A DNA stretch of 64,000 nucleotides, taken from the IMG/VR virus record IMGVR_UViG_3300032053_000004, positions 96,001 to 160,000 of that record; one strand, given 5' to 3'. Shown here one piece after another: positions 1 to 9,129 of the stretch. Below the pieces are notes generated by a model. That model ran no database searches and was not told the DNA's origin. It saw nothing but the letters and a program-made list of their open reading frames with translations. The stretch is from a virus. Lineage: Duplodnaviria > Caudoviricetes. Positions within the stretch are counted from its first letter, which is position 1; each line of letters opens with the position of its first letter. The translations under genes were made by a program, and so were the position numbers.

Positions 1-1
1 A

Positions 2-799
2 TGCTTAAGAACTCTCCTATATAGTGATAAACTTCGTCAGTCTCAGACGAGTATAGCGAGTCGTGCTATGACGCCCAAACGTGTTGTTTGGGCGGATAAG
101 ATGAGCTCTACAGACGTTGATGACTTAAGAGACCAAGTAGACCAAGCCCTAATAGATCCTGATTTTAGCATCATAACGAACTTTGAAGTCCATTGGGACG
201 AGATAGGATCCAGAGACCGTCTTCTCGATCTCGGGACGGAGTATGAAATAAACAACAAACTTCTCATGATTGGGCTTAGAGTCACTGAACCTATGCTCAC
301 CGGGGAGTCTTCATATTCTGGAGAAAGAATTCATTTAGATGTTATGAACACTATGTATCTGCTATATCGTGAAACTATATGTGAATTTGTTGAGCAATAT
401 TTATTTGCCCCGGTGGCTGAAAAGAAGGGTTTCTTTGAAGAGGATGAATATGGAAATAGGAATCTTCTATATCCTAAATTACAATTTACTCGTTTAGCTC
501 TCCGCGACAATACTGAACTTCAGGATTTCATGTTTAATCTTTATCAAAAAGGGTCTTTACCTATTTCTTTTATTCTTGATCTCCTCAATATTGATTCTGA
601 TGAAGCTTCTGCTCAACTCAAGAAAGATATGTTTACCCCGAATGATTCTAAGTTTAATGATTTGATAACGAAAATTCTTGAATCGGTTGGTGAAGAAATA
701 GCTAAAGAAACTGATGTTAAAGAGAGACTTATCAAAAATATGGGACTAAAAACGGTAACTAAAAAAGGAGATCGGTTTGCTGAAAAGGAGGAGGGCTAG
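2..799 (+). CDS. Portal protein, C-terminal part (5' truncated by window)
   Basis: The frame is open from base 2 (CLRTLLYSDKLRQSQTSIASRAMTPKRVVWA...), so the track's Met at 68 is internal. It lies upstream of protease, scaffold and MCP, and the sequence is helical and portal-like. Call rests on context and recalled family resemblance. Confidence 0.6.
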   Translation, partial: CLRTLLYSDKLRQSQTSIASRAMTPKRVVWADKMSSTDVDDLRDQVDQALIDPDFSIITNFEVHWDEIGSRDRLLDLGTEYEINNKLLMIGLRVTEPMLTGESSYSGERIHLDVMNTMYLLYRETICEFVEQYLFAPVAEKKGFFEEDEYGNRNLLYPKLQFTRLALRDNTELQDFMFNLYQKGSLPISFILDLLNIDSDEASAQLKKDMFTPNDSKFNDLITKILESVGEEIAKETDVKERLIKNMGLKTVTKKGDRFAEKEEG

Positions 800-836
800 A
801 ATTAAGCTTGTTGTGAAATATTGATTATGTACCGGC

Positions 837-3473
837 ATGCGATTTTTACAATCCGATTCTTCATTGAGTCCGAGCGAAAAGGAAGAAAAAGAAGTCGAAA
901 GACTGATAGGACGGAAGCCTGCTCCAAGTAGAAAATCTGCCCCGAGAAAAGGTCCTAAATTTGATAATAGAAGAAAAAGGATGAAAACTGACGACTCAGA
1001 TACTAAATCTGGGGATAAAGATCTATCTATGAAAAATTCCTCTTTAGCCGATTTGGCCTTAAGAGTTTTCATTTCTACTACAATAGCTGCTGATGAACCT
1101 GATAAATTTGAAGACATTCTTAAATACCCTGGAAGGATTCATGATAATGAATCCTTTGAATATAAATATAAATATGTAGTAGACAAATTAGAAAAACTTG
1201 ACCCTGAAAAATTAAAATTATTTAAAAATACATACGATATACCATTTGGTAAATATATTAAAGAAAAGAAATGGGACATAATTGATTTTGAATTAGGTAA
1301 GGCTTTAAGTTATATTAAAAAAGAAGAAAAAAGCAAGAAAAGCCCGGAAGAAATCCTTGAAGAGAAAGTAGAAAATAAGAAAGATATAAGTAAGAAGAAA
1401 AAAGATCTATTTTTTAAATTTAAGAGAGTTTCTCCAAAACTCGCTGAAGAATTTGAAAATACCGAACTCAATGAAGAAAAATTAGATGAAATAAAGTCTG
1501 ACGCTTTAGATGGTAAGCTTCGTAATAAATTATCTAAAACAAATGATGTTGGAGAAATCCTATCATTAGTTGAGAGAAGATGGCCAGAGGGTTCTTCTCT
1601 TTCATTTGGTATTAAATATAATATTTTAAACGCTTTAAATGATCGTATTGAAGATATGGGGGATTCTATACCAACTTGGTTATACGCTTCTTTTTTCAAA
1701 ACTAGCCCGGATGTTGAAGAATTACATAATAAAATAATTGAAAATTCTGAACACGGGTCTGATTCCTTCAATAAAATTAGACCCGGAGATTTATTAATAT
1801 TTGCAACCATAGCATCCCTCTTCCAAAAATTAAGTAAAAATCCTAATGTTGATGCTAAAAATCTTTCCCTTAAAAAGGATATTGATGTTGTAAGAAAACA
1901 AATAGAGTCAGAATCAGAATTGATTTCTGATACCCAAGCTTTCATGAAAGCTTGGGATCAAGCTGCTGAACAATTTAAAACCCATGAAGGGAAAGAAGGA
2001 TGGAAATGGGATGATGGTCATGGTAAATTATTAAAAAGTGTTGAGAGTTTATTTAATCTTAAGAATGAAGAGAAAAAATCTGAAGTTGATCCCTTTCTGT
2101 TGATGGAAAACTTTAGAGATAAAATTACTAAAAAATATGGTAAACTACCTAAAGAAGCAGAAAATATGTATAACGGATTAATGAGAAAGAGTAAACAAGC
2201 TTCTAATAAAGCTTCTGTTTCAGGACCAATGTCTGTTAAGACGGCAACTTTCCATGGATTGGTTGAACAGGGCCATCCTTCTGGTCCAACTAATACTGGA
2301 TATAAATCTTATCATAAGAGATATTTCGGTAAACCTCAATATGAATCTATACTTAAATTTGCTAAGGAATTATTAGATGAGGATTGGTTTAAATATGGAT
2401 GGGATGATGGTTCTATTGATGCCCAGCAGAGGGCAGCTTTAGATATATCCATTCAGACCGGCGATGATAATTTATATCAGAGTAAGATAGACGCAGAAAC
2501 ATATGATATGTTATTGAACAGACTTGCTGGGTGGGGTCACGATTCATTTTCAGAAACTGTTTTCCCTGTGGAAAAAGGTTCCAGACGGAGCGCATCGATC
2601 ATGCAAAATCAGATCAAGAACATACTTCGCATAGCCAGTGATATACGTAATGATAATCCGAAGGCTGCCTTCGAGATCGTAAAGAATCTGCGTTCTTTAG
2701 TTGGAAGAACTGCTGAGGACCAGCAGCAAGGTCAGCAACAGGAGCAGCAAGGCCAGCAGCAAGAGCAGCAGGGTGGGAAGAATATAAAAGATAAAAAAGA
2801 TTCTGGGTTTAATAGGGAGGATGAAGAAATACTTGATGAAACAGAACAAAATGTTTTTAAAGGTGGAGAGCATAATCCTCAAAAGACCATAAACGATCTT
2901 AAGGAAGCTTTAGATAGTTTAGATATTGACGATTTTGTTTCGGCTTTTGAAGAATTAGGAAGTCTTGCTGATTTTTTGAAAAAAAATAAAGGTAAAAAAG
3001 AGGCTTCTGTTAATCACAAAATTGCTATAATGGAAGCCCTAGAAGGCTTAGAAGATATATCTGAAGATGAAATAGAGAAGGCCTTTAAGAACATGCAGAA
3101 GGTTCTTAAAGATGACATTGATGATCCGAAGGATATTGACTCGGAAGACATTGAAAAGTTGATAAAAGACATGATAGACCAACTCAGTAAAGATGTTAAA
3201 CCCTCTTCAAAAGAGGCTTCGGAAGCAACTGTTGGGGTTGGCGTTTTAATACGTCTAGCCCATAATAATCCAGGGATTCGTCGGGTTCTTCTTCCTGTCA
3301 TCTTGGCAGCGAAAAAGAAACCCAGTAAGAAAAAGAAGCCCGTTCCTCCAGCTTTCTTGAAAGGCAAGAAAGATAAGAAGGAAGAGGACAAGAATAAGCC
3401 GAAAACTTCTAAGAAGAAAAAGAAGAAGAAGGTTTCTTCGGTTATCCTTACGAAGGAAGACGGAAACTGGTGA
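837..3473 (+). CDS. Large charged putative head core/internal protein; probable in-frame internal start at 2601
   Basis: 878-aa ORF rich in K/E/D, with a Q-rich repeat and a poly-Lys C-terminus, lying between portal and protease. GGAG at 2587-2590 precedes an in-frame ATG at 2601. Confidence 0.5.
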   Translation: MRFLQSDSSLSPSEKEEKEVERLIGRKPAPSRKSAPRKGPKFDNRRKRMKTDDSDTKSGDKDLSMKNSSLADLALRVFISTTIAADEPDKFEDILKYPGRIHDNESFEYKYKYVVDKLEKLDPEKLKLFKNTYDIPFGKYIKEKKWDIIDFELGKALSYIKKEEKSKKSPEEILEEKVENKKDISKKKKDLFFKFKRVSPKLAEEFENTELNEEKLDEIKSDALDGKLRNKLSKTNDVGEILSLVERRWPEGSSLSFGIKYNILNALNDRIEDMGDSIPTWLYASFFKTSPDVEELHNKIIENSEHGSDSFNKIRPGDLLIFATIASLFQKLSKNPNVDAKNLSLKKDIDVVRKQIESESELISDTQAFMKAWDQAAEQFKTHEGKEGWKWDDGHGKLLKSVESLFNLKNEEKKSEVDPFLLMENFRDKITKKYGKLPKEAENMYNGLMRKSKQASNKASVSGPMSVKTATFHGLVEQGHPSGPTNTGYKSYHKRYFGKPQYESILKFAKELLDEDWFKYGWDDGSIDAQQRAALDISIQTGDDNLYQSKIDAETYDMLLNRLAGWGHDSFSETVFPVEKGSRRSASIMQNQIKNILRIASDIRNDNPKAAFEIVKNLRSLVGRTAEDQQQGQQQEQQGQQQEQQGGKNIKDKKDSGFNREDEEILDETEQNVFKGGEHNPQKTINDLKEALDSLDIDDFVSAFEELGSLADFLKKNKGKKEASVNHKIAIMEALEGLEDISEDEIEKAFKNMQKVLKDDIDDPKDIDSEDIEKLIKDMIDQLSKDVKPSSKEASEATVGVGVLIRLAHNNPGIRRVLLPVILAAKKKPSKKKKPVPPAFLKGKKDKKEEDKNKPKTSKKKKKKKVSSVILTKEDGNW

Positions 3474-3517
3474 TTGATGGGGCTTCTATGCTGAAGCCAA
3501 ATAGGACGGAGATTTCA

Positions 3518-4000
3518 ATGGACAAGACTACGGCCAACAAAATTTTAACTGCTCTCGATCGCACTGCTGACGAGATCCAGACCCTCATAAAATCCAAGAA
3601 GATTGATCCGAAGGTAGCCGCTCAGGTTATCAAGAATATCGATTCTTTTGCGGATAAGTTTGAGGTTACGGCTTTTGGTGCGAAGAATCTCGCATCTCGC
3701 AAGGCGAAGGTTATCCAGCAGGATAACGATGAGCCATACATGAAGGCTTTTGAAAACACTGTCGGTCCTCTTCAGACAGAGCCTGATGAGCCGTACATGA
3801 AGAAGATCGGTCCTTCTTTTAATTCGAAGGAAATTAACACTTATGACACGGACCGTTCATCTGTGGTAGAGAACCGGAATGAATATGATGTTCGTGATCT
3901 GAGCGAATGGACCGATAAGACCAAGAAGCAACCTTCTTGGGAGCACGGTTCGTCCGGGAAGAGCACGCGTCAGGGTTCGTCTAAAACTTGGGCCCCCTGA
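3518..4000 (+). CDS. Hypothetical head-module protein
   Basis: Track ORF 3470..4000. A better start is ATG 3518, preceded by GGACGGAG. Confidence 0.6.
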   Translation: MDKTTANKILTALDRTADEIQTLIKSKKIDPKVAAQVIKNIDSFADKFEVTAFGAKNLASRKAKVIQQDNDEPYMKAFENTVGPLQTEPDEPYMKKIGPSFNSKEINTYDTDRSSVVENRNEYDVRDLSEWTDKTKKQPSWEHGSSGKSTRQGSSKTWAP

Positions 4001-4024
4001 TCATCCCATCAAGGGAAGCAAAAT

Positions 4025-4732
4025 ATGTTCCGGAGAGCCTTTGTTGACGATCAACTTTTAGCCCGTGAATTTCACACGGGTGATTTTGTTCGTCATTCAG
4101 ATCTCCACGATCTACTTTTGTCTCCTTATGCTGGACGGGTTCTTTATTCAAACCCAGATACAGGCAAAGTTTCTGTCCAATGGCCATGGGGGGCCGAACA
4201 AGACTCTCCGTCCCAGCTTGTTCGGCTCAATATGGAATTATTGGAGTTCTTCCCTCCAATGCTAATTGATCAAAGTTACTCCTCCTGGGAAGGAGCGAGA
4301 AACATTGATGATAAACAGACTTTAAAAGAAGATGACAAGTGGCGTAAGTCTCTAGCTTCTCGAGTGGCTTCTCGTTTTGAGGAAGCTACTGGCCCTATTT
4401 GGCGTTCTGCCTGTAAAGCTTGGCGTCAAGGGAAGAACGAAATACAAGCTTTTACGAGTCTCCATTCTATTTTCGGAGATCAATTCGGGACCGACACGGT
4501 TCGTTTAACTGTCTCAAATTTATACGAACATAGTCGCAGGCTTTCCATATACTATAAGAATAATAAAAGAAAATATAAAGTAACTCAAAAAGAAAAAAAT
4601 TCAGGAGACTTGAAATGCCCTCGATGTAGGACTCCAGGCTCCATTAAGCCAAGAGTTTACCGTCAGGGAAAACGTGTTCTTCAGTGTAGAAACTGCGGAT
4701 TTTCCATACATCCCGGTGATCTTGTAAAATAG
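4025..4732 (+). CDS. Hypothetical protein with C-terminal Zn ribbon
   Basis: CPRC...CRNC at the C-terminus; SD-like AAGGGAAG upstream. Confidence 0.65.
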   Translation: MFRRAFVDDQLLAREFHTGDFVRHSDLHDLLLSPYAGRVLYSNPDTGKVSVQWPWGAEQDSPSQLVRLNMELLEFFPPMLIDQSYSSWEGARNIDDKQTLKEDDKWRKSLASRVASRFEEATGPIWRSACKAWRQGKNEIQAFTSLHSIFGDQFGTDTVRLTVSNLYEHSRRLSIYYKNNKRKYKVTQKEKNSGDLKCPRCRTPGSIKPRVYRQGKRVLQCRNCGFSIHPGDLVK

Positions 4733-4755
4733 AAGTTTTATGACACCGTTCAAGT

Positions 4756-5018
4756 GTGAAAATCTGGACAGTTTATTGTCATACTCATATTGAATCAGGC
4801 CGTAAATACATAGGGCTTACTTCTCAAACTATGGAGAAGCGTTGGAATCTGTCATTAGTAAAGAATTGTGGAAAAATCCGGAATTTAGGTCTAAAGGTTT
4901 AAATAGTCTTAAACTAGCTTTTAAAAAATCTCAAATATTAGAATCAAAAATATCTCAAAAGTGTGTAAAATATGTAATAAAATAAGAAAACTTAATAGAA
5001 CTTTGATTTGTGTTTAGT
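4756..5018 (+). pseudogene. Degenerate GIY-YIG homing endonuclease remnant
   Basis: GTG 4756 gives MKIWTVYCHTHIESGRKYIGLTSQTMEKRWN (GIY-YIG pattern), stopping at 4902. A second frame gives SKELWKNPEFRSKGLNSLK and a third gives CKICNKIR. Confidence 0.7.
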
Positions 5019-5020
5019 AT

Positions 5021-6007
5021 GTGAATCAGAATTTGCAAAATCTTCTTAAGATTTCGAATGAGATTGACCCTGTTCTCGGGGAATCTCTGAGAAAGAATCT
5101 TATTAATATAACTAAATTTAAGAAGATTTCTGTCGTAAACCCTGACGTTCAAAAATTTGAAGAGCGTCTTCAGACTCTCGTAAATTCTCTAAAATCAGTC
5201 AATAAAGATATCAAGAAGGCTCTTGATAATTTAGACGTTGAAGAAATTGATGAATGGTTTACTAAAGAACTTGATAAAATTAATGAATTAGATGAAGCGG
5301 CTGAAAGAATAGAAGTTTCTAAATTTAGCAGTATTGCTTCCCGTATAGCTGAAATAGAAGATACTGCCGGTATTAAAGACTGGGTTAAGAACAAGTTCAA
5401 GAAAAAGCCAAAAGCCGAACCAAAATCAGAAGAATCTGAATCTATGGCTCCGTCCTATCAAATGGATGAGAGTCGGATGGATGATTTTGTTGAAGGCAAA
5501 GATGATTGGGGCGATGCTTCTGCTTACATAGAAGCGGAATCCCGTGAAAAGAATGAGTTACTAGGTGAAATTGATAATTTCCTAAAAGAGTTTAAAGAGA
5601 CAGAAAAAGGTAAGCCTGTCAGGAAAAATCTTGAAAAACTTTTCGAAAAGTCCAAAGGCCTAATTAAGCGTGGAGAGAAGTTCGTAAAAGGTTTCCGTGA
5701 TCACCTAAAAGAACCCGGGGCTTGGCTCCCTCGTGATGAGGAGAAGTCCGATGCCAAGCCGAAAAATCTCAAGAAAACTGTTGAGCATTATTCTGATATG
5801 CTCCGGGAAAATCTCGGAGACGAAGATAAAACCATCCAGTCTTTAAGAGAATTCTTTAAAGCTGTCGGACCCATGATCAAAGAAGAAAAACAGGCTTCTA
5901 CTACTTCTTCCATCATAAAACAACTTTCTAGAAAAGCTTCTGAAGACCCTTCTTTGAGGAAGAAGCTCATACCCATAATCAATTTAGCCTTGAATTTCAA
6001 TTCTTAA
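5021..6007 (+). CDS. Putative internal head/core protein, resembling the 2601-3473 segment
   Basis: 328 aa, charged. Its N-terminal NLLKISNEI and C-terminal DPSLRKKLIPII resemble NILRIASDI and NPGIRRVLLPVI. Confidence 0.5.
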   Translation: MNQNLQNLLKISNEIDPVLGESLRKNLINITKFKKISVVNPDVQKFEERLQTLVNSLKSVNKDIKKALDNLDVEEIDEWFTKELDKINELDEAAERIEVSKFSSIASRIAEIEDTAGIKDWVKNKFKKKPKAEPKSEESESMAPSYQMDESRMDDFVEGKDDWGDASAYIEAESREKNELLGEIDNFLKEFKETEKGKPVRKNLEKLFEKSKGLIKRGEKFVKGFRDHLKEPGAWLPRDEEKSDAKPKNLKKTVEHYSDMLRENLGDEDKTIQSLREFFKAVGPMIKEEKQASTTSSIIKQLSRKASEDPSLRKKLIPIINLALNFNS

Positions 6008-6028
6008 TAGTATGGTTTTTCCAGGAAC

Positions 6029-7552
6029 ATGGCCTGGAAAAAGACCGCTAAAGCTATAGTTACTCATAATAATATTCAGTTTGATGAGTGGATGGATGAA
6101 CTCCGTCGTAATAACGAGGGGGCCGTACCTGAATCTCAAATAACTCGAGTAGCTAAAACAGTTTTACGTAAGGCTGACCCGAAGCAGTTTCTTTTAAGTC
6201 ATGCGACTATAGTCGCATCAGTTGATACTTTTACTCCGAAAAATGCTAAGACTGGGCGTCAAATGGCCCAGGGAATCCAAATTGATGTCAGATATCCGAA
6301 TTTCCGGATCAATAAAGAATGTCAAGAATTAATCAATAATAATGGAGATGCCTGGGATCGTTCTTTGCTTCTTTCTACGTATCGAACCTTCATAGGTGCT
6401 CAAAATTATTTAGAGCATATACAAGTTCCAGAGCTCTCAAAGGGATTTATTGTTGACGCTATTGCCCGTGATTTAGGTCATACTTGCTATATAGATATAT
6501 TAGTCGCTACTGATAGGAAACATCAAAAATTAGTTAATGATATTTTATCTGGGGATATTTCTGGTCTTTCAATGGGTTGTGTCTCTCTTTTTACTATTTG
6601 TACGAAATGTGGGAACGTAGCTGCTGACGACACTCAACTTTGTCCGTGTATTCAATATGAAGGAAAAGGAACCATTTTCAAAGATGAAAATGGGATGGAC
6701 AGTAAAATTGCTGAACTTGTCGGACATGTGAGTTCGCCAAATTCTAATCAATTTATTGAAGCTTCTTGGGTTCGTAACCCTGCCTTCCGTGGAGCTGTTC
6801 GTCGAAATATATTAAATCCCAACACGGATCAAATTGCGGCTAAACTTGATGTTGCTTCTCAAGTTTATGAAATACGTTCATCTCAACCATTACCTGACGG
6901 TTTGAAGAAAGCGGCTTCAGTTAGATTTGCAGAAGGGCAAGAAGATGATTCCGCCCAAGATGATTCCGCCCAAGATGATTCGGATTCTCAAGATCAATCT
7001 CAAGATCAGGGTGATGAATCATCAGACTCCGGGGCTGAATCTAAGATTGATGAACTTGTAAACAAAACTCAAGAGCTTTTGCTTGAGGGAATTGTTAAAT
7101 CCTTAACTGATAAACTCGGTCCAAAGCCGGAAGATGTCGGATTTGTACAAGCTCCTATTGATTTAACTAACGAAAACGACAATCTAGTCAGATCTTCAAT
7201 AGATTTTAATCGAAAGCTTCAGAAGGCTTTCCCGAAAAATGTTAAGTTGGTTAAATGGGCGACTCGAGCTTATAAAATTGTACATGAAGGTGGAGTAAAA
7301 TCCATTCGTGCAAACAAAATGAATCCACGTGATTTAGTCGCACTTTCTTGGATTGAAGACCGAATAAACAATAAAGTTTATAGTCCAATTTTATATAAAG
7401 CAGTCATGTCTGCCGGGCCGATCATCAAGTATCCAAGCCCAAAATCTTATTTGGCAGCTTGCAGAGTTAGGATTGGAAGAAACGTCTCTAATAAAGAGTC
7501 TAAGTTTCTTATTTGGAAGGGGAAAATTGCGTCTTTTGCAATTTCCAATTGA
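6029..7552 (+). CDS. Prohead (maturation) protease, HK97/herpes-type fold with Zn-ribbon insertion
   Basis: Motifs NNNGDAW, YLEH, GFIVDA, LSMGC, CTKC..C and EASWVRNPAF, followed by an acidic linker and C-terminal domain. Located just before scaffold and MCP. Confidence 0.75.
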   Translation: MAWKKTAKAIVTHNNIQFDEWMDELRRNNEGAVPESQITRVAKTVLRKADPKQFLLSHATIVASVDTFTPKNAKTGRQMAQGIQIDVRYPNFRINKECQELINNNGDAWDRSLLLSTYRTFIGAQNYLEHIQVPELSKGFIVDAIARDLGHTCYIDILVATDRKHQKLVNDILSGDISGLSMGCVSLFTICTKCGNVAADDTQLCPCIQYEGKGTIFKDENGMDSKIAELVGHVSSPNSNQFIEASWVRNPAFRGAVRRNILNPNTDQIAAKLDVASQVYEIRSSQPLPDGLKKAASVRFAEGQEDDSAQDDSAQDDSDSQDQSQDQGDESSDSGAESKIDELVNKTQELLLEGIVKSLTDKLGPKPEDVGFVQAPIDLTNENDNLVRSSIDFNRKLQKAFPKNVKLVKWATRAYKIVHEGGVKSIRANKMNPRDLVALSWIEDRINNKVYSPILYKAVMSAGPIIKYPSPKSYLAACRVRIGRNVSNKESKFLIWKGKIASFAISN

Positions 7553-7672
7553 TGGACTTTTCATGATGAAATTTGATAAGCAGCGGTTTCTGACAATTTC
7601 GAAATTATCAGGCAAAACCGTGAATAGTTTTAAGACATTGATAAACTCGGTCTCTCAGGAGGCGAACTGAAC

Positions 7673-8911
7673 ATGCGCCAGCGTTCAACTTGGATCCGAT
7701 CAGCAAATGCACTACCCACTGCCCCGAAAGGGAAAGGGCGTCGTGCGGATATCTACAATATGAACCAGGAGCATCCACAGCCGTCTCCTGTTGAATACGA
7801 GAACGGAAGTCCGGACTCATGGGCAGAATCTCTTGCTCCGTATTCTCATATTGAAAAAGAATACGAAGGCGGCCATGTTAAGCGTAATGAGCTTAACTTT
7901 GCTGAATTCCGCGATGATACGTGGGATCACAAAGATGCCGATAAGTGGAACGGCAAAGGCAAGTACGATAACCATCGTAGTGCTTCCGAGCGTAAGGCTC
8001 AGGCTTGTGAGAAATTGGCGCGTGGTCTTCTTAAGACTGCCAATCCTAAGCTGATTGAAGATCAGGCTCTTGATTTCATGTGCCTTCCTCCTAACGTTGT
8101 AACGGCGACGATCAAGCGGATTCAGGAGACTTCTCCTGCAGCGCTTGCCCCCGCGAATCGTTACAATCGTGCATTGGCTTGCACTAAGCTTTCAGCTAAG
8201 ATGCTCGGAGACGAAGCTCCGGAGAATCTCGTTGAGAAGCTTGCCACGTTGTTCATGAATATTGATGACCCGACTCTGAAGTCCATGGTTCGGGTTGTTG
8301 CCTCGGTTCGTTTTGCTGAGCAGGATGAACAAGAGGAGCAACAGGAGCAACAGGGCCAGCAGGAGCAGCAGGGCCAGGATGAAGAGCAGCAGCAGGAGCA
8401 ACAGGGCCAGCAGGAGCAACAGGGCCAGCAGGAGCAACAGGGCCAGGATGAAGAGCAAGAGGAACAGCAAGAACAGCAAGCGCAAAATGAAGAATGCGCT
8501 ACTGGTTTGACGTCTGAAGAGATGTCCATGCTGGACCAAATGCTCAACCCGGGAATGGGTCAAGAAGCTCCGGGAATGGGTCAAGAAGCTCCGGGAGCTG
8601 AAGTTTCTCCACCGGCCATGCCAGCGATGGCCAGCGATTTCTCCATCTCCTTTGACGGAGATGATGACGGCTCAGAAGGTCTCCCTCATATATCGTCACT
8701 TGACGTTTTGTTCAATGACGATCCTGAGGTCCAGGCTCAACGTGAAATCGTTGCCGCTTCTCAGGAGCAACGGGCTCGTGAGCAAGGTGGATACTCGATC
8801 AGTCGTACTGCCTCTGCTAAGGGCGCAAAAAAGCTTGGTCAAGTCACTAAGCCCAAGGCCTCGAGCATTGATACGGCGCTCGAGAATCTCTGGGAGCGCC
8901 CAGGCGCGTGA
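7673..8911 (+). CDS. Scaffold-like protein
   Basis: SD GGAGG upstream. Helical N-terminal half, Q/E low-complexity tract, and position between protease and capsid genes. Confidence 0.6.
   Translation: MRQRSTWIRSANALPTAPKGKGRRADIYNMNQEHPQPSPVEYENGSPDSWAESLAPYSHIEKEYEGGHVKRNELNFAEFRDDTWDHKDADKWNGKGKYDNHRSASERKAQACEKLARGLLKTANPKLIEDQALDFMCLPPNVVTATIKRIQETSPAALAPANRYNRALACTKLSAKMLGDEAPENLVEKLATLFMNIDDPTLKSMVRVVASVRFAEQDEQEEQQEQQGQQEQQGQDEEQQQEQQGQQEQQGQQEQQGQDEEQEEQQEQQAQNEECATGLTSEEMSMLDQMLNPGMGQEAPGMGQEAPGAEVSPPAMPAMASDFSISFDGDDDGSEGLPHISSLDVLFNDDPEVQAQREIVAASQEQRAREQGGYSISRTASAKGAKKLGQVTKPKASSIDTALENLWERPGA
8321..8490 (+). repeat. Coding tandem repeat (QQEQQG/QDEE)
   Basis: Repeated caggagcaacagggccag-type units within the scaffold gene. 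Confidence 0.85.
8549..8596 (+). repeat. 21-nt coding tandem repeat (PGMGQEA x2)
   Basis: ccgggaatgggtcaagaagct twice, then a partial copy. Confidence 0.9.
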
Positions 8912-9057
8912 AATTCTGGTCTGTCCTTCATGATCCGAAAGGAAGTGAAGGACAGACTGGCGAGATTGAATACTCAAACGTAGATAATTCTAACAGCGAC
9001 GGAGGTCTTAGCGGGATAACTGGAAGGTTCAGAAGAAATAATAGAATTCGCAACTAG
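8908..9057 (+). CDS. Possible 49-aa ORF below the track cutoff
   Basis: GTG overlaps the scaffold TGA (GTGA), with GGGAG upstream. Translation: MKFWSVLHDPKGSEGQTGEIEYSNVDNSNSDGGLSGITGRFRRNNRIRN. Confidence 0.3.
   Translation: MKFWSVLHDPKGSEGQTGEIEYSNVDNSNSDGGLSGITGRFRRNNRIRN
8916..8960 (+). other. RNA stem-loop upstream of capsid genes
   Basis: GTCTGTCCTTCA (8919-8930) pairs with TGAAGGACAGAC (8946-8957), with an inner TCC-GAAA-GGA tetraloop. No U-tract follows. Confidence 0.6.
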
Positions 9058-9129
9058 GTTGGACTGAATTCGTTGTTTTGGAAGAATTGAAAGTATGTTC
9101 TAGCTTGGACCGAAGGAGACTGGGTTAAA

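Noticed and set aside
7473-7670. 65-aa ORF between protease and scaffold
   Set aside because: Its first part overlaps the protease C-terminus in another frame, and its end is the scaffold's SD region. At most a ~35-aa ORF from 7563, with no independent support.
8161-8584. Cys/Ser-rich and Leu-rich minus-strand ORFs resembling a metallothionein or membrane peptide
   Set aside because: They are reverse-complement translations of the scaffold's CAG/GAG repeat.
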